In this document: positions 49,309 through 58,969 of the stretch, in pieces
How the letters are laid out: every line of letters begins with the position of its first letter
Numbering within the stretch: the first letter of the stretch is position 1
IMG/VR virus record: IMGVR_UViG_3300036770_008028
Coordinates: 32,001-96,000 of that record
DNA length: 64,000 nucleotides
Source: a virus
Reading direction: 5' to 3' (one strand)
The notes under the pieces: model-generated
The model's input: only the letters and a program-made list of their open reading frames with translations
Database searches by the model: none
What the model was told of the DNA's origin: nothing
Translations under genes and position numbers: made by a program

Positions 49309-50751
49309 ATGGCATATACCATAAATCTAACAGATGGCACCATATTTGCTACCATAGCAGACGGTACTATCAATACCAGTTCCAGCATGATACTGGTTGG
49401 CAAGAACTACGCGGGCTACGGAGAATTTCTAGACGAAAACTTCATTCACTTGCTAGAAAGTGGTTCTAACACAACCCCCCCTGGCGCACCACTGGTGGGC
49501 CAACTGTGGTGGGACAAGACCAATTCGGTAATGAAAGTGTACAACGGAACCACATTCAAAGTGATTTCTGCTGCCACTGCCAGCGCATCGCAGCCTACTT
49601 CCAACGTGGCCGGTGATCTATGGTTTGACACTGTGAATGGCCAGTTGAAAGTGTACAACGGCACCTCATTCATACTAGTGGGTCCTGCCAGCACATCGGG
49701 CCAGGGCACATCGGGCGCCATCGTTACCACAGTGGTAGATACGCTGTCCGTACAGCACGTGATCGTGCAATTGTTTGTGAACAATGTGATCGTTGGCATC
49801 GTATCCAAAGACGCTACATTCACTCCTAGCCCTGCGATTTCGGGTTTTGGCACCATTGGTCCTGGCATCCAACTCAGCACCACGGTCAGCAACGCTCTGT
49901 TCCGTGGCACAGTGACCAATGCACAGACCCTGGACGGATTCAATCCTGCAGATTTCTTGAGCGCGATCGCCAATGACACTACCTCCGGCACACTGGGAAT
50001 CCTCAATGACACCGGACTCACAGTGGGTGCCGATCAGGATGCCAAGATATCCGTGACCACAGCCACATCGGCCGTGAATATCCAGAATCAAACCCAAGAT
50101 GCCAACATCAACATCATCGTGAATGACGGCGGAACGCCGACCACTGTGATGAGCGTGAATGGAGCCACTGCACAAGTATCATTCCCCACCACAGTGGCCA
50201 TCACTGGCAACATATCTATCGGTAATCTCACGGCCACAGGTACTGTGGCCGGTAACATTGTCAGTGCCGGCAGCATAACCAAGACCGGATCCAATGCAGT
50301 AGGCAACATCGGTTCGGCCAGCAACTATTTCAACCAGGTATTCGCTACAGCCACCACGGCTCTGTATGCCGACGTGGCTGAGCGTTTCGCAGCTGATGAA
50401 ATTATGCTGCCTGGCACAGTGGTTGAGTTGGGCGGTTCTGCTGAAATCACTACGGCCAGCGGTGAACTCAGTGAAAATGTATTTGGTGTGATAAGTACTA
50501 GAGCAGCCTATCTCATGAATGGCGGAGCTGGTACAGACGAAACACATCCCCCGGTCGCAATGACTGGACGAGTACCGGTCCGAGTGGTAGGTACGGTTCG
50601 CAAAGGCGATCGATTGGTGTCAGCAGGCAATGGTCTAGCTCGAGCAGCCAATCCAGGAGAAGCCACTTGGAACAACACCATTGGTCGAGCCTTGGAAGAC
50701 AGGATCGGCAGCGACGAAGGCACAGTTGAAGCCATCGTTACGATTAAGTAA
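49309..50751 (+). CDS. Tail fibre protein with C-terminal intramolecular-chaperone-like domain
   Basis: LVGKNYAGYGE, GQLWWD/GDLWFD repeats, YADVAERF...GVIST...VAMTGRVPVRV...GDRLV; TAAATA at 49254 and 49279. Confidence 0.8.
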   Translation: MAYTINLTDGTIFATIADGTINTSSSMILVGKNYAGYGEFLDENFIHLLESGSNTTPPGAPLVGQLWWDKTNSVMKVYNGTTFKVISAATASASQPTSNVAGDLWFDTVNGQLKVYNGTSFILVGPASTSGQGTSGAIVTTVVDTLSVQHVIVQLFVNNVIVGIVSKDATFTPSPAISGFGTIGPGIQLSTTVSNALFRGTVTNAQTLDGFNPADFLSAIANDTTSGTLGILNDTGLTVGADQDAKISVTTATSAVNIQNQTQDANINIIVNDGGTPTTVMSVNGATAQVSFPTTVAITGNISIGNLTATGTVAGNIVSAGSITKTGSNAVGNIGSASNYFNQVFATATTALYADVAERFAADEIMLPGTVVELGGSAEITTASGELSENVFGVISTRAAYLMNGGAGTDETHPPVAMTGRVPVRVVGTVRKGDRLVSAGNGLARAANPGEATWNNTIGRALEDRIGSDEGTVEAIVTIK

Positions 50752-50886
50752 AAAAGGATTTAGTTGCCCAGCTATCATATTAAAAAAATGACGCCTGCGA
50801 TTTAGATCGCTTTACTGTAGTGTTGCTACAGAACGCCGTTGTTTGATAGCGTTGAATTAAATCAACTAATACAAAGGGAAAAAGAA

Positions 50887-51849
50887 ATGGCTTACAGTTC
50901 TGGATCACTGATCATCGATGATGATTATAATATATTTGCCACGGGCAATGCCTCCGGCACAGGCGACAACAACGTGGCCAATCTCAACACGGTCTGGGGT
51001 ACCGGAACCGGAGACAAGGGATGGGGACAGAGTAGCCCAGTTTCCGCGGTGAGCGCCGGATCGGTGATCACGGCCACACAATGGACCACGCTGCTTAATC
51101 GCATGACGGCCGAGGCCAATCATACCAATACTTCGATCACAGCAATTTCAAATCCCAGCGCAGGACAAACTATCACTGCTTTCACTGCTCTCAGCACCAA
51201 TATCACCAACATTTTCAATGGTCGTAACAATGCCGCTGCTGTAGGATCCACTATCACCCTTAATGGTGTAGCCACGCGTAGCACCGCCTGGGCAACATCT
51301 CTCACAGCCACGCACACTGTAACATTCGCTTCCGCAGATGCCATGCGCTACTTCTTCAACGCAGGCGGACGTATCACCTGGGCCGGCGCACGTTCAGGTG
51401 GATCGGTCAATGACAAAAACACTTCCTGGACCAATCTTCTCACAGCCTGCGGTACGCTGAACTGGACCACGGGCACATCTACCCAGACCATCGCAGGAAC
51501 TTCCTACACTGGAACCACCAAAGTGGGTGGCTCTGGTTCTCCTACCACACTGTTGACTGGCACTGGTTTCTATGATCTGACCACGGGCAACACCGAAGTA
51601 TTCAAGCAATTTGCCAGCACATATCTTTACACCGTGAACTTTGTTTCCGTCAATGTGAGTTTGAATGCTGTTCCGGGTTCTTCCACAGTAATGACTTTCA
51701 CTGTGCTGTTTTCGGATGTGGAAGCCTCTCCAGAAGAGAACGTGGACGGTACCTTGACATCCACCATAACCGCCGTGGCACCCAGCACTACCTATCTCTC
51801 AGCATCCTGGGGCACACCCACACTGGCCAGTTCGATCACCGGTAGCTAA
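50887..51849 (+). CDS. Virion structural protein (T/S/G-rich)
   Basis: Start at ATG 50887 (MAYSSG); RYFFNAGGRI motif. Confidence 0.75.
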   Translation: MAYSSGSLIIDDDYNIFATGNASGTGDNNVANLNTVWGTGTGDKGWGQSSPVSAVSAGSVITATQWTTLLNRMTAEANHTNTSITAISNPSAGQTITAFTALSTNITNIFNGRNNAAAVGSTITLNGVATRSTAWATSLTATHTVTFASADAMRYFFNAGGRITWAGARSGGSVNDKNTSWTNLLTACGTLNWTTGTSTQTIAGTSYTGTTKVGGSGSPTTLLTGTGFYDLTTGNTEVFKQFASTYLYTVNFVSVNVSLNAVPGSSTVMTFTVLFSDVEASPEENVDGTLTSTITAVAPSTTYLSASWGTPTLASSITGS

Positions 51850-51882
51850 TCGGCAATACCAAATCGGTAAACGATCCGAACA

Positions 51883-51903
51883 AAAGGGGCTCAGAGCCCC
51901 TTT
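51883..51903 (+). terminator. Intrinsic terminator ending the structural operon
   Basis: AAAGGGGCT-CAG-AGCCCCTTT followed by ACTTTT. Confidence 0.75.
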
Positions 51904-51936
51904 ACTTTTGAAGTTTTTCCTGTTATCATTAAGCCT

Positions 51937-52236
51937 ATGAGCGATCTCACTGAAAAAATACGCACTCGATTTGCCCACGAAGCCGCCAAAAAAATCCTCC
52001 GAGAAAAATATCAGGCCAAGATGCTGTTTGCACATGCAGGTGGCATGTGGCGGGCAGGCCCGGAATTACAGACCACTCTGTTGACCTGCCCTGATTCAGA
52101 GGCAGTGCTGCTCGATGTGTATGAAACACCGGTAAAAGTCCAAACACAAGAATTGTATCGTGTGTCTCAGCAGCGTTGGCAAGAGCAGATGAACGCTTGG
52201 TTGACTGAATGGACCGAACTGCAACGACAAAGATGA
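51937..52236 (+). CDS. Hypothetical protein
   Basis: 99 aa, ATGA overlap with the next gene. Confidence 0.7.
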   Translation: MSDLTEKIRTRFAHEAAKKILREKYQAKMLFAHAGGMWRAGPELQTTLLTCPDSEAVLLDVYETPVKVQTQELYRVSQQRWQEQMNAWLTEWTELQRQR

Positions 52237-53039
52237 AAGGTGTGTTGGTCTATGCTTTCAACAACGGCCGCGTGGACTATTGGCGCCAGGCCGTGTGGTG
52301 CGCTGACCGCGTGTCACGACATCTGGCCCTGCCTGTGACCATAGTGACCGATCAGCAGAGCCAACAAGATCGGCACTGCAGCCACGACATCGTGATTGCC
52401 CAGGCACGTTCTGGCGGAACTAGATTGTACGATCACAAAAATGACACAGCCGGGCACGCATGGTACAACAGCAATCGGTATCAGAGTTATGATCTAAGTC
52501 CTTACGAACAGACCCTGGTCCTGGACAGCGACTATGTGGTCTGCAGCGATCAGTTGCTGACCTTGTTTGGTAGCGGCATCTCTGTCACAGCCATGAAGCA
52601 TGTGTACGATGTGACCAACAGAGACCAATTCCGATTGTATCAACACATATCTGCGCACAGAGGATTGCATCACTATTGGGCCACTGTGCTGTACTTCGAC
52701 CGCAGTGTGCTTTCGCGAGATTTCTTTGCACTGATGAACATGATTTCCAATAACTACAATCACTATGCACAGATCTATGACATGCCCAGCCGACCTTTCA
52801 GGAATGACTTCGCTGTGAGCATAGCCTTGAACACGATATATGGTCATGTGCCGGAAGCCGTTCCAGAGATCCCCTGGGCCATGGCCAATGTTTTCAGCGA
52901 CGTAGATATCACGCAGATATCTGATGATGTGTTTGATCTCACTTATGCAGCAGGCAGCCAGGCACGGCGTGTGCGGATCTCTGGACAGGATTTCCATTTT
53001 ATGAACAAAGTGGCGTTGGAGAAGATCTGTGCAGTTTGA
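52233..53039 (+). CDS. GT-A fold glycosyltransferase-like protein
   Basis: SPYEQTLVLDSDY (DxD), RNDFAVSIA, HFMNK; start at ATG 52233. Confidence 0.7.
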   Translation: MKGVLVYAFNNGRVDYWRQAVWCADRVSRHLALPVTIVTDQQSQQDRHCSHDIVIAQARSGGTRLYDHKNDTAGHAWYNSNRYQSYDLSPYEQTLVLDSDYVVCSDQLLTLFGSGISVTAMKHVYDVTNRDQFRLYQHISAHRGLHHYWATVLYFDRSVLSRDFFALMNMISNNYNHYAQIYDMPSRPFRNDFAVSIALNTIYGHVPEAVPEIPWAMANVFSDVDITQISDDVFDLTYAAGSQARRVRISGQDFHFMNKVALEKICAV

Positions 53040-53838
53040 ACACGAACGCGGATACTTGGTGATCGCCCAGAATACTGACACAGTGGACTATCTGCGCTGT
53101 GCCCGTGTGTTGGCCCGTAGCCTGCGCCGTGTGGAACCCGAGGCCAAGATATGTCTCCTCACTGATCGCGCTGACGTTGACGCTGAAGATTTTGATTTTG
53201 TAAGGACTTTCCCCTTTGGTGACCAAAGCGGAGACAGTGAGTGGAAGTTGCACAACGATTGGCAGTGCTTCTATGCTACGCCTTTCCGCCAGACCATCAA
53301 GATCGAAGCCGACGTAGTGGTACCCCACAGGATAGATCATTGGTTTGATGTCTGCCAGAGTCGAGACGTGGTCTTGACCATTGGTGCGAGAAACTGGCGC
53401 AACGAGTTATCCCCATCCCGTCATTATCGCAAAGTGTTTGACGACAACGACCTTCCTGATGTATACAATGCCATCACTTACTGGAGATTTAGCCGAGACG
53501 CTGAGATCTTTTTCAATACAGTAAAAAAGATCATGGGGGCCTGGCCAGCAGTGATGTCCGAATTAAAATTCGCGGCTGATCAACCCGTGAACACTGATCT
53601 GGCCTATGCGGTAGCAGCAAAGATGCTGGGCACAGAAAAATTCACGTTGCCGATGTCGGTTCCTAGCATGATACATCTCAAGCCTAGATTCAATAATCTG
53701 GCCTCTGACTCCTGGTGCAAAGAACTGGTATGGGAGATACTGCCCGATGGCATACGCATCAATACCGTGAACCAGACATGGCCTATACACTATCAGGAAA
53801 AAGCATTCGCCGAAGAGTTGGAGCGCCACTATGGATGA
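53029..53838 (+). CDS. GT-A fold glycosyltransferase-like protein (paralog of the previous gene)
   Basis: TPFRQTIKIEADV (ExD), TDLAYAVA, IHLKP. Confidence 0.65.
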   Translation: MQFEHERGYLVIAQNTDTVDYLRCARVLARSLRRVEPEAKICLLTDRADVDAEDFDFVRTFPFGDQSGDSEWKLHNDWQCFYATPFRQTIKIEADVVVPHRIDHWFDVCQSRDVVLTIGARNWRNELSPSRHYRKVFDDNDLPDVYNAITYWRFSRDAEIFFNTVKKIMGAWPAVMSELKFAADQPVNTDLAYAVAAKMLGTEKFTLPMSVPSMIHLKPRFNNLASDSWCKELVWEILPDGIRINTVNQTWPIHYQEKAFAEELERHYG

Positions 53839-54160
53839 ATTCTGGAAAGCAGTGGCAGAGGTCAACTGGGCTCCGCCTCCTCCGCCCGAATATCGTGTGT
53901 ATTACGATCCTGCCACTGGTGACATCATCGAGTACACCACCGAACATCACGACGGGGAATTTATCGTGGTGGACCGAGAAACATTTGCCTGCAATCGATT
54001 TGAACCCAAGATACGCGACGGGAGGATCACTTGGCCAGGTCCGCAAATCACCAAATTGGTACACAGTGCTGAGGGCACGACCTGCGATCCCTATGACATC
54101 ACGATCATCACAGATGCGCTCGAAGCACAACATTGGAGATTGAAGATCTATGAAAGTTGA
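53831..54160 (+). CDS. Hypothetical protein
   Basis: 109 aa, overlaps both neighbours in an operon-like arrangement. Confidence 0.65.
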   Translation: MDEFWKAVAEVNWAPPPPPEYRVYYDPATGDIIEYTTEHHDGEFIVVDRETFACNRFEPKIRDGRITWPGPQITKLVHSAEGTTCDPYDITIITDALEAQHWRLKIYES

Positions 54161-55076
54161 TATCGCAGAACTGGACTGTGTATACCTCAGTTACGATGAA
54201 CCCGAGAAAGAAGAATTCTGGGTCAAGATACGAAATATGGTGCCCTGGGCTCGGCGTGTGGATGGTGTGAAAGGATCCGATGCTGCACACAAGGCTGCTG
54301 CCGATGCTTCAGACACAGAACGTTTTATCTTGATTGACGGTGACAATATTCCGGATCCGGAGTTTTTTAATCTCACCATGGAATTCCCAGACGAGTCATG
54401 GGAGCAGGCGGTGTTCCGTTGGCGTGCCCGCAATCATATCAATGGTCTCATGTACGGTAACGGTGGTATCAGTTCGTGGACAAAGGATTTTGTGCTTAAC
54501 ATGAAGACCCACGAAAATACCGACGGACGCGACGAGACCGTAGTGGAATTTTGTTTTGATCCCTTGTATTGGCCCATGCACGATTGTTACAGTACCACGT
54601 ATCCTAATGGGTCGGCTTTCCATGCCTGGCGTGCAGGATTCCGTGAAGGTGTGAAGATGTGTTTGGATGCCGGCCGTCGTCCTACCACGGCAGAATTCCG
54701 TGACCGAGTACATCGACGCAATCTCGATCATCTCACTATCTGGCACAATGTAGGACAGGATGTGGAACATGGTGCATGGGCCATAGCTGGTGCTCGTCAA
54801 GGTACCTTTAAGACCATGCTTACAGACTGGGATTATAGAGAAGTACAATGGTTTGATGCGCTGGAACGTATATGGAACGAAGAAACAGCACAGCAAGATC
54901 CTGACAGCATCAGTAGAGATTGCGAAGATGCGCTAAAAATCCAACTGGATTTGCCTATGTGCATGATGCCGGCGTCGCAGAGTCGATTTTTCAAACATCA
55001 CTATCGTAGCAACTGGCACAATCGAGGAGTGATGACACGAGAGATTGACGTGATAAGGCAACAAGAAGGATGGTAA
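54150..55076 (+). CDS. Glycosyltransferase-like protein (GT-A type)
   Basis: LSYDEP, RVDGVKGSDAAH, FILIDGDN (DxD), YGNGG, AWRAGFREGVKM. Confidence 0.65.
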   Translation: MKVDIAELDCVYLSYDEPEKEEFWVKIRNMVPWARRVDGVKGSDAAHKAAADASDTERFILIDGDNIPDPEFFNLTMEFPDESWEQAVFRWRARNHINGLMYGNGGISSWTKDFVLNMKTHENTDGRDETVVEFCFDPLYWPMHDCYSTTYPNGSAFHAWRAGFREGVKMCLDAGRRPTTAEFRDRVHRRNLDHLTIWHNVGQDVEHGAWAIAGARQGTFKTMLTDWDYREVQWFDALERIWNEETAQQDPDSISRDCEDALKIQLDLPMCMMPASQSRFFKHHYRSNWHNRGVMTREIDVIRQQEGW

Positions 55077-55102
55077 GATATACCCATTGGTAAAGGATAA
55101 AA

Positions 55103-55720
55103 ATGCCCGCAAAACTTTTCTCTCAAATTTTTTCTCAAGATGAGATCAAACAGATAATAGACTACTATGCCACGCAACCGGTAATGGCACAGGACGAATG
55201 GTCCATCAACAAAGGTCTAGAATATTTCATACCAGGTAGTTTTATCGAAAAACTTTGCGGCCCAAAAATAACGGCAGTACTGGGTCCTCATGAATTTGCT
55301 ACTGGTGCCTATAAAGAATGTATCAAACCATATCCATTGCATGTGGACACCCATGTTGCTCATGATGAACTGAAAACCGTGACCAATTTTTCTGATCGTA
55401 AGATTCATGATCGGGCTCTATTGATACCATTGGTTCAAGGAGATTTTTTTAGAACAGTAATTTTTGATTGTGTATCATCCGAGAATGATTTTGATGATGA
55501 TATTGTTAATTGGATAGGACAACCGAATCATTTGCAGATCGAAGATTTCTCCCATTGTGTCAGAGACTTTAATCGGCACATCCAGTATCTGCCAGTGGAC
55601 TTAGATTATAAGTGGTCACTCGGAGACATGATAATGTGGAATCGAGATCAATTACACATCAGCACAGATTTTACAAGGTCGACTCAAACTAAACGATTCT
55701 TGATATTTTTCGTAGCATGA
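55103..55720 (+). CDS. 2OG-Fe(II) oxygenase-like protein
   Basis: LHVD (HxD), distal QLHIS, C-terminal KRFL; AT-rich. Confidence 0.55.
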   Translation: MPAKLFSQIFSQDEIKQIIDYYATQPVMAQDEWSINKGLEYFIPGSFIEKLCGPKITAVLGPHEFATGAYKECIKPYPLHVDTHVAHDELKTVTNFSDRKIHDRALLIPLVQGDFFRTVIFDCVSSENDFDDDIVNWIGQPNHLQIEDFSHCVRDFNRHIQYLPVDLDYKWSLGDMIMWNRDQLHISTDFTRSTQTKRFLIFFVA

Positions 55721-57123
55721 TTGATATTTTGATATGTTCTGTACCGGGCACTTTTAGTGATAGGCCTGCATTGGCTCCGGCAGTGTTAAAAGCATCTGTA
55801 CAGGAATACGGCTACACAGCAGTGGCATTGGATCTAAATATCGAGGTGTACAACGCCGTTAAGAAAAGCAGCAATCGAGTCATGCTGGAAAATTTTTTCC
55901 TCCGCCAAGAAATCAGTCCGCAGACTTCGACTGAAATCGGAGACTTGATAGAATATTGTATACAGCGTATCGTGTCTTATAAACCTCGGGTATTGGCACT
56001 GAGTTTGCTAACACAAGACAATCAGTTTTTCGCGATCTGGCTGTGTTGGTATGTTAAAATACAACATCCAGAATTACATATCGTGATAGGTGGCAGCGGA
56101 ATCAAAAATTTTATCGCAGAATCTAACATCAGTTTTGCCCAACTTTTATACGATAAATCGTTGATTGACGGTTATATCAACGGCGATGGAGAGTGCAGTC
56201 TGGTAGAGTACCTCAAGGACAATCGTGATTTTCCTGGAATAAATCACAGTGATTGGGAACCCGTGCAAGATCTAAATGCAATACCTTTTGCGGATTTTGA
56301 TGATTATACTTTTTCCAATTACAAAGAACCTGGAATTCCTATCTGCGACAGCAGAGGCTGTGTTAGATCCTGTGAATTTTGTGACATAATAGAACACTGG
56401 AAAAAATATCAATATCGCAGAGCAGAACATATCTTTGAAGAAATGCAGCATCAGATCCAGAAACACAACATCAAACGTTTTTTCTTTTATAATAGCCTGA
56501 CCAATGGAAACATGAAAGAATTTCGTAAACTGTTGGAAATGATTAGCGATTACAACAGTCGATGTCCAGAGCAGACTATTTCCTGGGATGGTTACTTTAT
56601 CGTCAGAAATAGCAAGCAGCATCCTGACGAATTATGGCAATTGATTAAACGAAGCAATGGTTCTCTGCAACTTGGTATCGAAAGTGTAGTAGAGCCGGTA
56701 CGTGTGTCCTTAGGAAAAAACTTCACCAATCCAGACATCGATTATCATCTAGAAATGGCAAAAAAATATCAAATACCGTTGCTGTTGTTGTTAATCGTTG
56801 GCTATCCAACTGAGACCAAACAAGATTTTGAATATACTAAACAGTGGTTCCGCGATCGAAAAGATTTCGCTGGCGATCCTGTGACACAGGTTGTTTTTAG
56901 CTTGGCTGCCATATTGCCAAATACCAAGTTGGATAGAAAAAGCACAGAATATGGAATTACTAAAGGAGAAATCCCCACAATCTGGATGCAACAATCTATA
57001 TCAGTTACCTTGCAAGATAGATTACAATATCATAATGAACTCGGCCAATTGCTTCAAGATTTACGATTCAGTGTCAGTGACGGCGGGAAATCAGTTGAAG
57101 TTTTCCAGGCGGAGATTTCATGA
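55717..57123 (+). CDS. Cobalamin-binding radical SAM enzyme (class B methyltransferase-like)
   Basis: PALAPAVLKA...LDLN, IVIGG, GDGE B12-binding domain; SRGCVRSCEFC; LGIES; IVGYPTET. Confidence 0.88.
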   Translation: MIDILICSVPGTFSDRPALAPAVLKASVQEYGYTAVALDLNIEVYNAVKKSSNRVMLENFFLRQEISPQTSTEIGDLIEYCIQRIVSYKPRVLALSLLTQDNQFFAIWLCWYVKIQHPELHIVIGGSGIKNFIAESNISFAQLLYDKSLIDGYINGDGECSLVEYLKDNRDFPGINHSDWEPVQDLNAIPFADFDDYTFSNYKEPGIPICDSRGCVRSCEFCDIIEHWKKYQYRRAEHIFEEMQHQIQKHNIKRFFFYNSLTNGNMKEFRKLLEMISDYNSRCPEQTISWDGYFIVRNSKQHPDELWQLIKRSNGSLQLGIESVVEPVRVSLGKNFTNPDIDYHLEMAKKYQIPLLLLLIVGYPTETKQDFEYTKQWFRDRKDFAGDPVTQVVFSLAAILPNTKLDRKSTEYGITKGEIPTIWMQQSISVTLQDRLQYHNELGQLLQDLRFSVSDGGKSVEVFQAEIS

Positions 57124-57572
57124 AACAGGTTCCTGTGTCTCTGATGATACAATCCCATCATTGTAACGGATCAATGTCTTTGAAACTGTTCAACGATGAT
57201 CGGAATCTTCTAGATTTGACAAGTCTAGAATCGGGCCATCACAAACTAGATTTCATGATCGACTGGCCTTCAAAGATAAGGATCTTTGTCGAAGGAAAAA
57301 ATCAAAACGATACCGAGGTCGACAGCGGTGGTAATGTGATAGCAGATAAAGCCATTGAACTCATCTCAATCATGATAAACAATTTTCCATTACATCCTGA
57401 TCTAATAGATAAATTATGTTGCTGCCGCAGATCAAATCAACAGTCTATAAGTCATGAGAATTATTGGGGCTTTAATGGACTAGTGGAAATCATTTTCGAT
57501 CATGCCAACCCATTGAGATTTATGTTGGCATTATCGAGTAAATTTGAAATACCACGATTAGAAAATCAATGA
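57120..57572 (+). CDS. Hypothetical protein
   Basis: 150 aa, ATGA-coupled on both sides; GKNQNDTEVD...DKAIEL, WGFNG. Confidence 0.65.
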   Translation: MKQVPVSLMIQSHHCNGSMSLKLFNDDRNLLDLTSLESGHHKLDFMIDWPSKIRIFVEGKNQNDTEVDSGGNVIADKAIELISIMINNFPLHPDLIDKLCCCRRSNQQSISHENYWGFNGLVEIIFDHANPLRFMLALSSKFEIPRLENQ

Positions 57573-58969
57573 CCACTAACAAAAGCCAATTCCTCAGCGA
57601 CGCTGAATCGATAAAAGAACGACTGGATTCAGTGAGCCCTTGCCTGTGCTTGGCCAAATGGAAGCAGGTCAGCCTGCACCTTACTACTGGACTCAATAAT
57701 AGTTGTTACCATCCACCGTTACATCGCATACCCATAGAAGAGATCAAACGCGATCCGGGTGCGTTACACAATACCCAGCACAAAAAAGAGCAACGGAAAA
57801 TGATGTTGCGTGGCAAAAGGCCTGCTGAATGTCAGTACTGTTGGAACATGGAAGATCTTGGTCAGATGTCGGACCGTCACTATCGTTCTGGAGAGCCCTG
57901 GGCTGCCGTGGATTTCGACCATATCGCAAATTCAACCGGAGATGAAGATGATGTCGTACCTAGTTATGTTGAAGTTAATTTTAATCACGCTTGCAATCTC
58001 AAGTGCAGCTATTGTAGTCCACAATTTTCGTCATCTTGGCAGGATGAATCGCAACGTCTGGGTGCCTATCCTACTAGCACTCCTCATAACGCTCCCGAGC
58101 ATTTCCTTGGAGATCGTCGCCCGATCCCTGTGAGAGAATATAATCCCTATGTGGAAGCCTTCTGGCAGTGGTGGCCTACACTGTATCCCAAACTCAGGCA
58201 TTTCCGCATGACCGGTGGCGAGCCGCTCATGGACAAGAACACATATCGAGTGTTTGACTACGTATTGGCCTTGCCCAAACCAGATCTGCATCTCAACGTC
58301 ACAAGCAACTTCTCGGTGGAAGAGAAACTGTGGCAGAAGTATCTAGACTATACCAAAAGTCTTTGCTCGACCAATATCGAACACTTCATGCAGTATGTTT
58401 CAATCGATTCGGGCTATATCGCACATGCCGAATACATACGCCACGGATTAGATGCTGCCAAATGCCTAGGACGTGTGGCACAGTGGCTGGATGAGATACC
58501 GGGACGAAACAGTCTCACTTTCATAATCACTATGAACAATCTGTCAGTGCTGGGTCTGCAGAAACTTTTGGAATTTGTTTTAGATCTAAGACGCACACAC
58601 AGCACCACCTATCAACGTGTGTGGTTCGACACGCCGGTGCTTCGACAGCCTGCTTGGCAGAGCCTGCAGACCTTGCCCGAAAGTTATGCTGCCATCTTGG
58701 AACGCACCGCAGACTGGATGGAACTGAACATGGAAACCGCAGCGGATCCTTTCCACGGATTCAAAGATTTCGAAGTGCAACGTCTGAGGCGTGACATAGC
58801 CTGGATGCGTAAAGGTCAGACCTTGCCGGCGCAGCAAGTAAATAAAGACAAAGCAGATTTTTATCGTTTCTTTTTAGAACACGACCGACGCCGCGGTACC
58901 AATTTCCTGTCAACATTTCCTGAAATGACTGCCTGGTGGAAAGAGTGTGAATACCATGCCAAACAATGA
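57569..58969 (+). CDS. Radical SAM protein with N-terminal twitch-like domain
   Basis: CLAKW...SCYHP...CQYC; CNLKCSYC; MTGGEP; EYIRHG. Confidence 0.9.
   Translation: MTTNKSQFLSDAESIKERLDSVSPCLCLAKWKQVSLHLTTGLNNSCYHPPLHRIPIEEIKRDPGALHNTQHKKEQRKMMLRGKRPAECQYCWNMEDLGQMSDRHYRSGEPWAAVDFDHIANSTGDEDDVVPSYVEVNFNHACNLKCSYCSPQFSSSWQDESQRLGAYPTSTPHNAPEHFLGDRRPIPVREYNPYVEAFWQWWPTLYPKLRHFRMTGGEPLMDKNTYRVFDYVLALPKPDLHLNVTSNFSVEEKLWQKYLDYTKSLCSTNIEHFMQYVSIDSGYIAHAEYIRHGLDAAKCLGRVAQWLDEIPGRNSLTFIITMNNLSVLGLQKLLEFVLDLRRTHSTTYQRVWFDTPVLRQPAWQSLQTLPESYAAILERTADWMELNMETAADPFHGFKDFEVQRLRRDIAWMRKGQTLPAQQVNKDKADFYRFFLEHDRRRGTNFLSTFPEMTAWWKECEYHAKQ

Noticed and set aside
49309-51849. Diversity-generating retroelement or invertible fibre cassette
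   Set aside because: No reverse transcriptase, recombinase or template/variable repeat pair noticed in the window
53831-54160. RiPP precursor for the radical SAM cluster
   Set aside because: Small ORFs in the island look globular, with no leader/core pattern, and no RRE domain, peptidase or exporter was recognised
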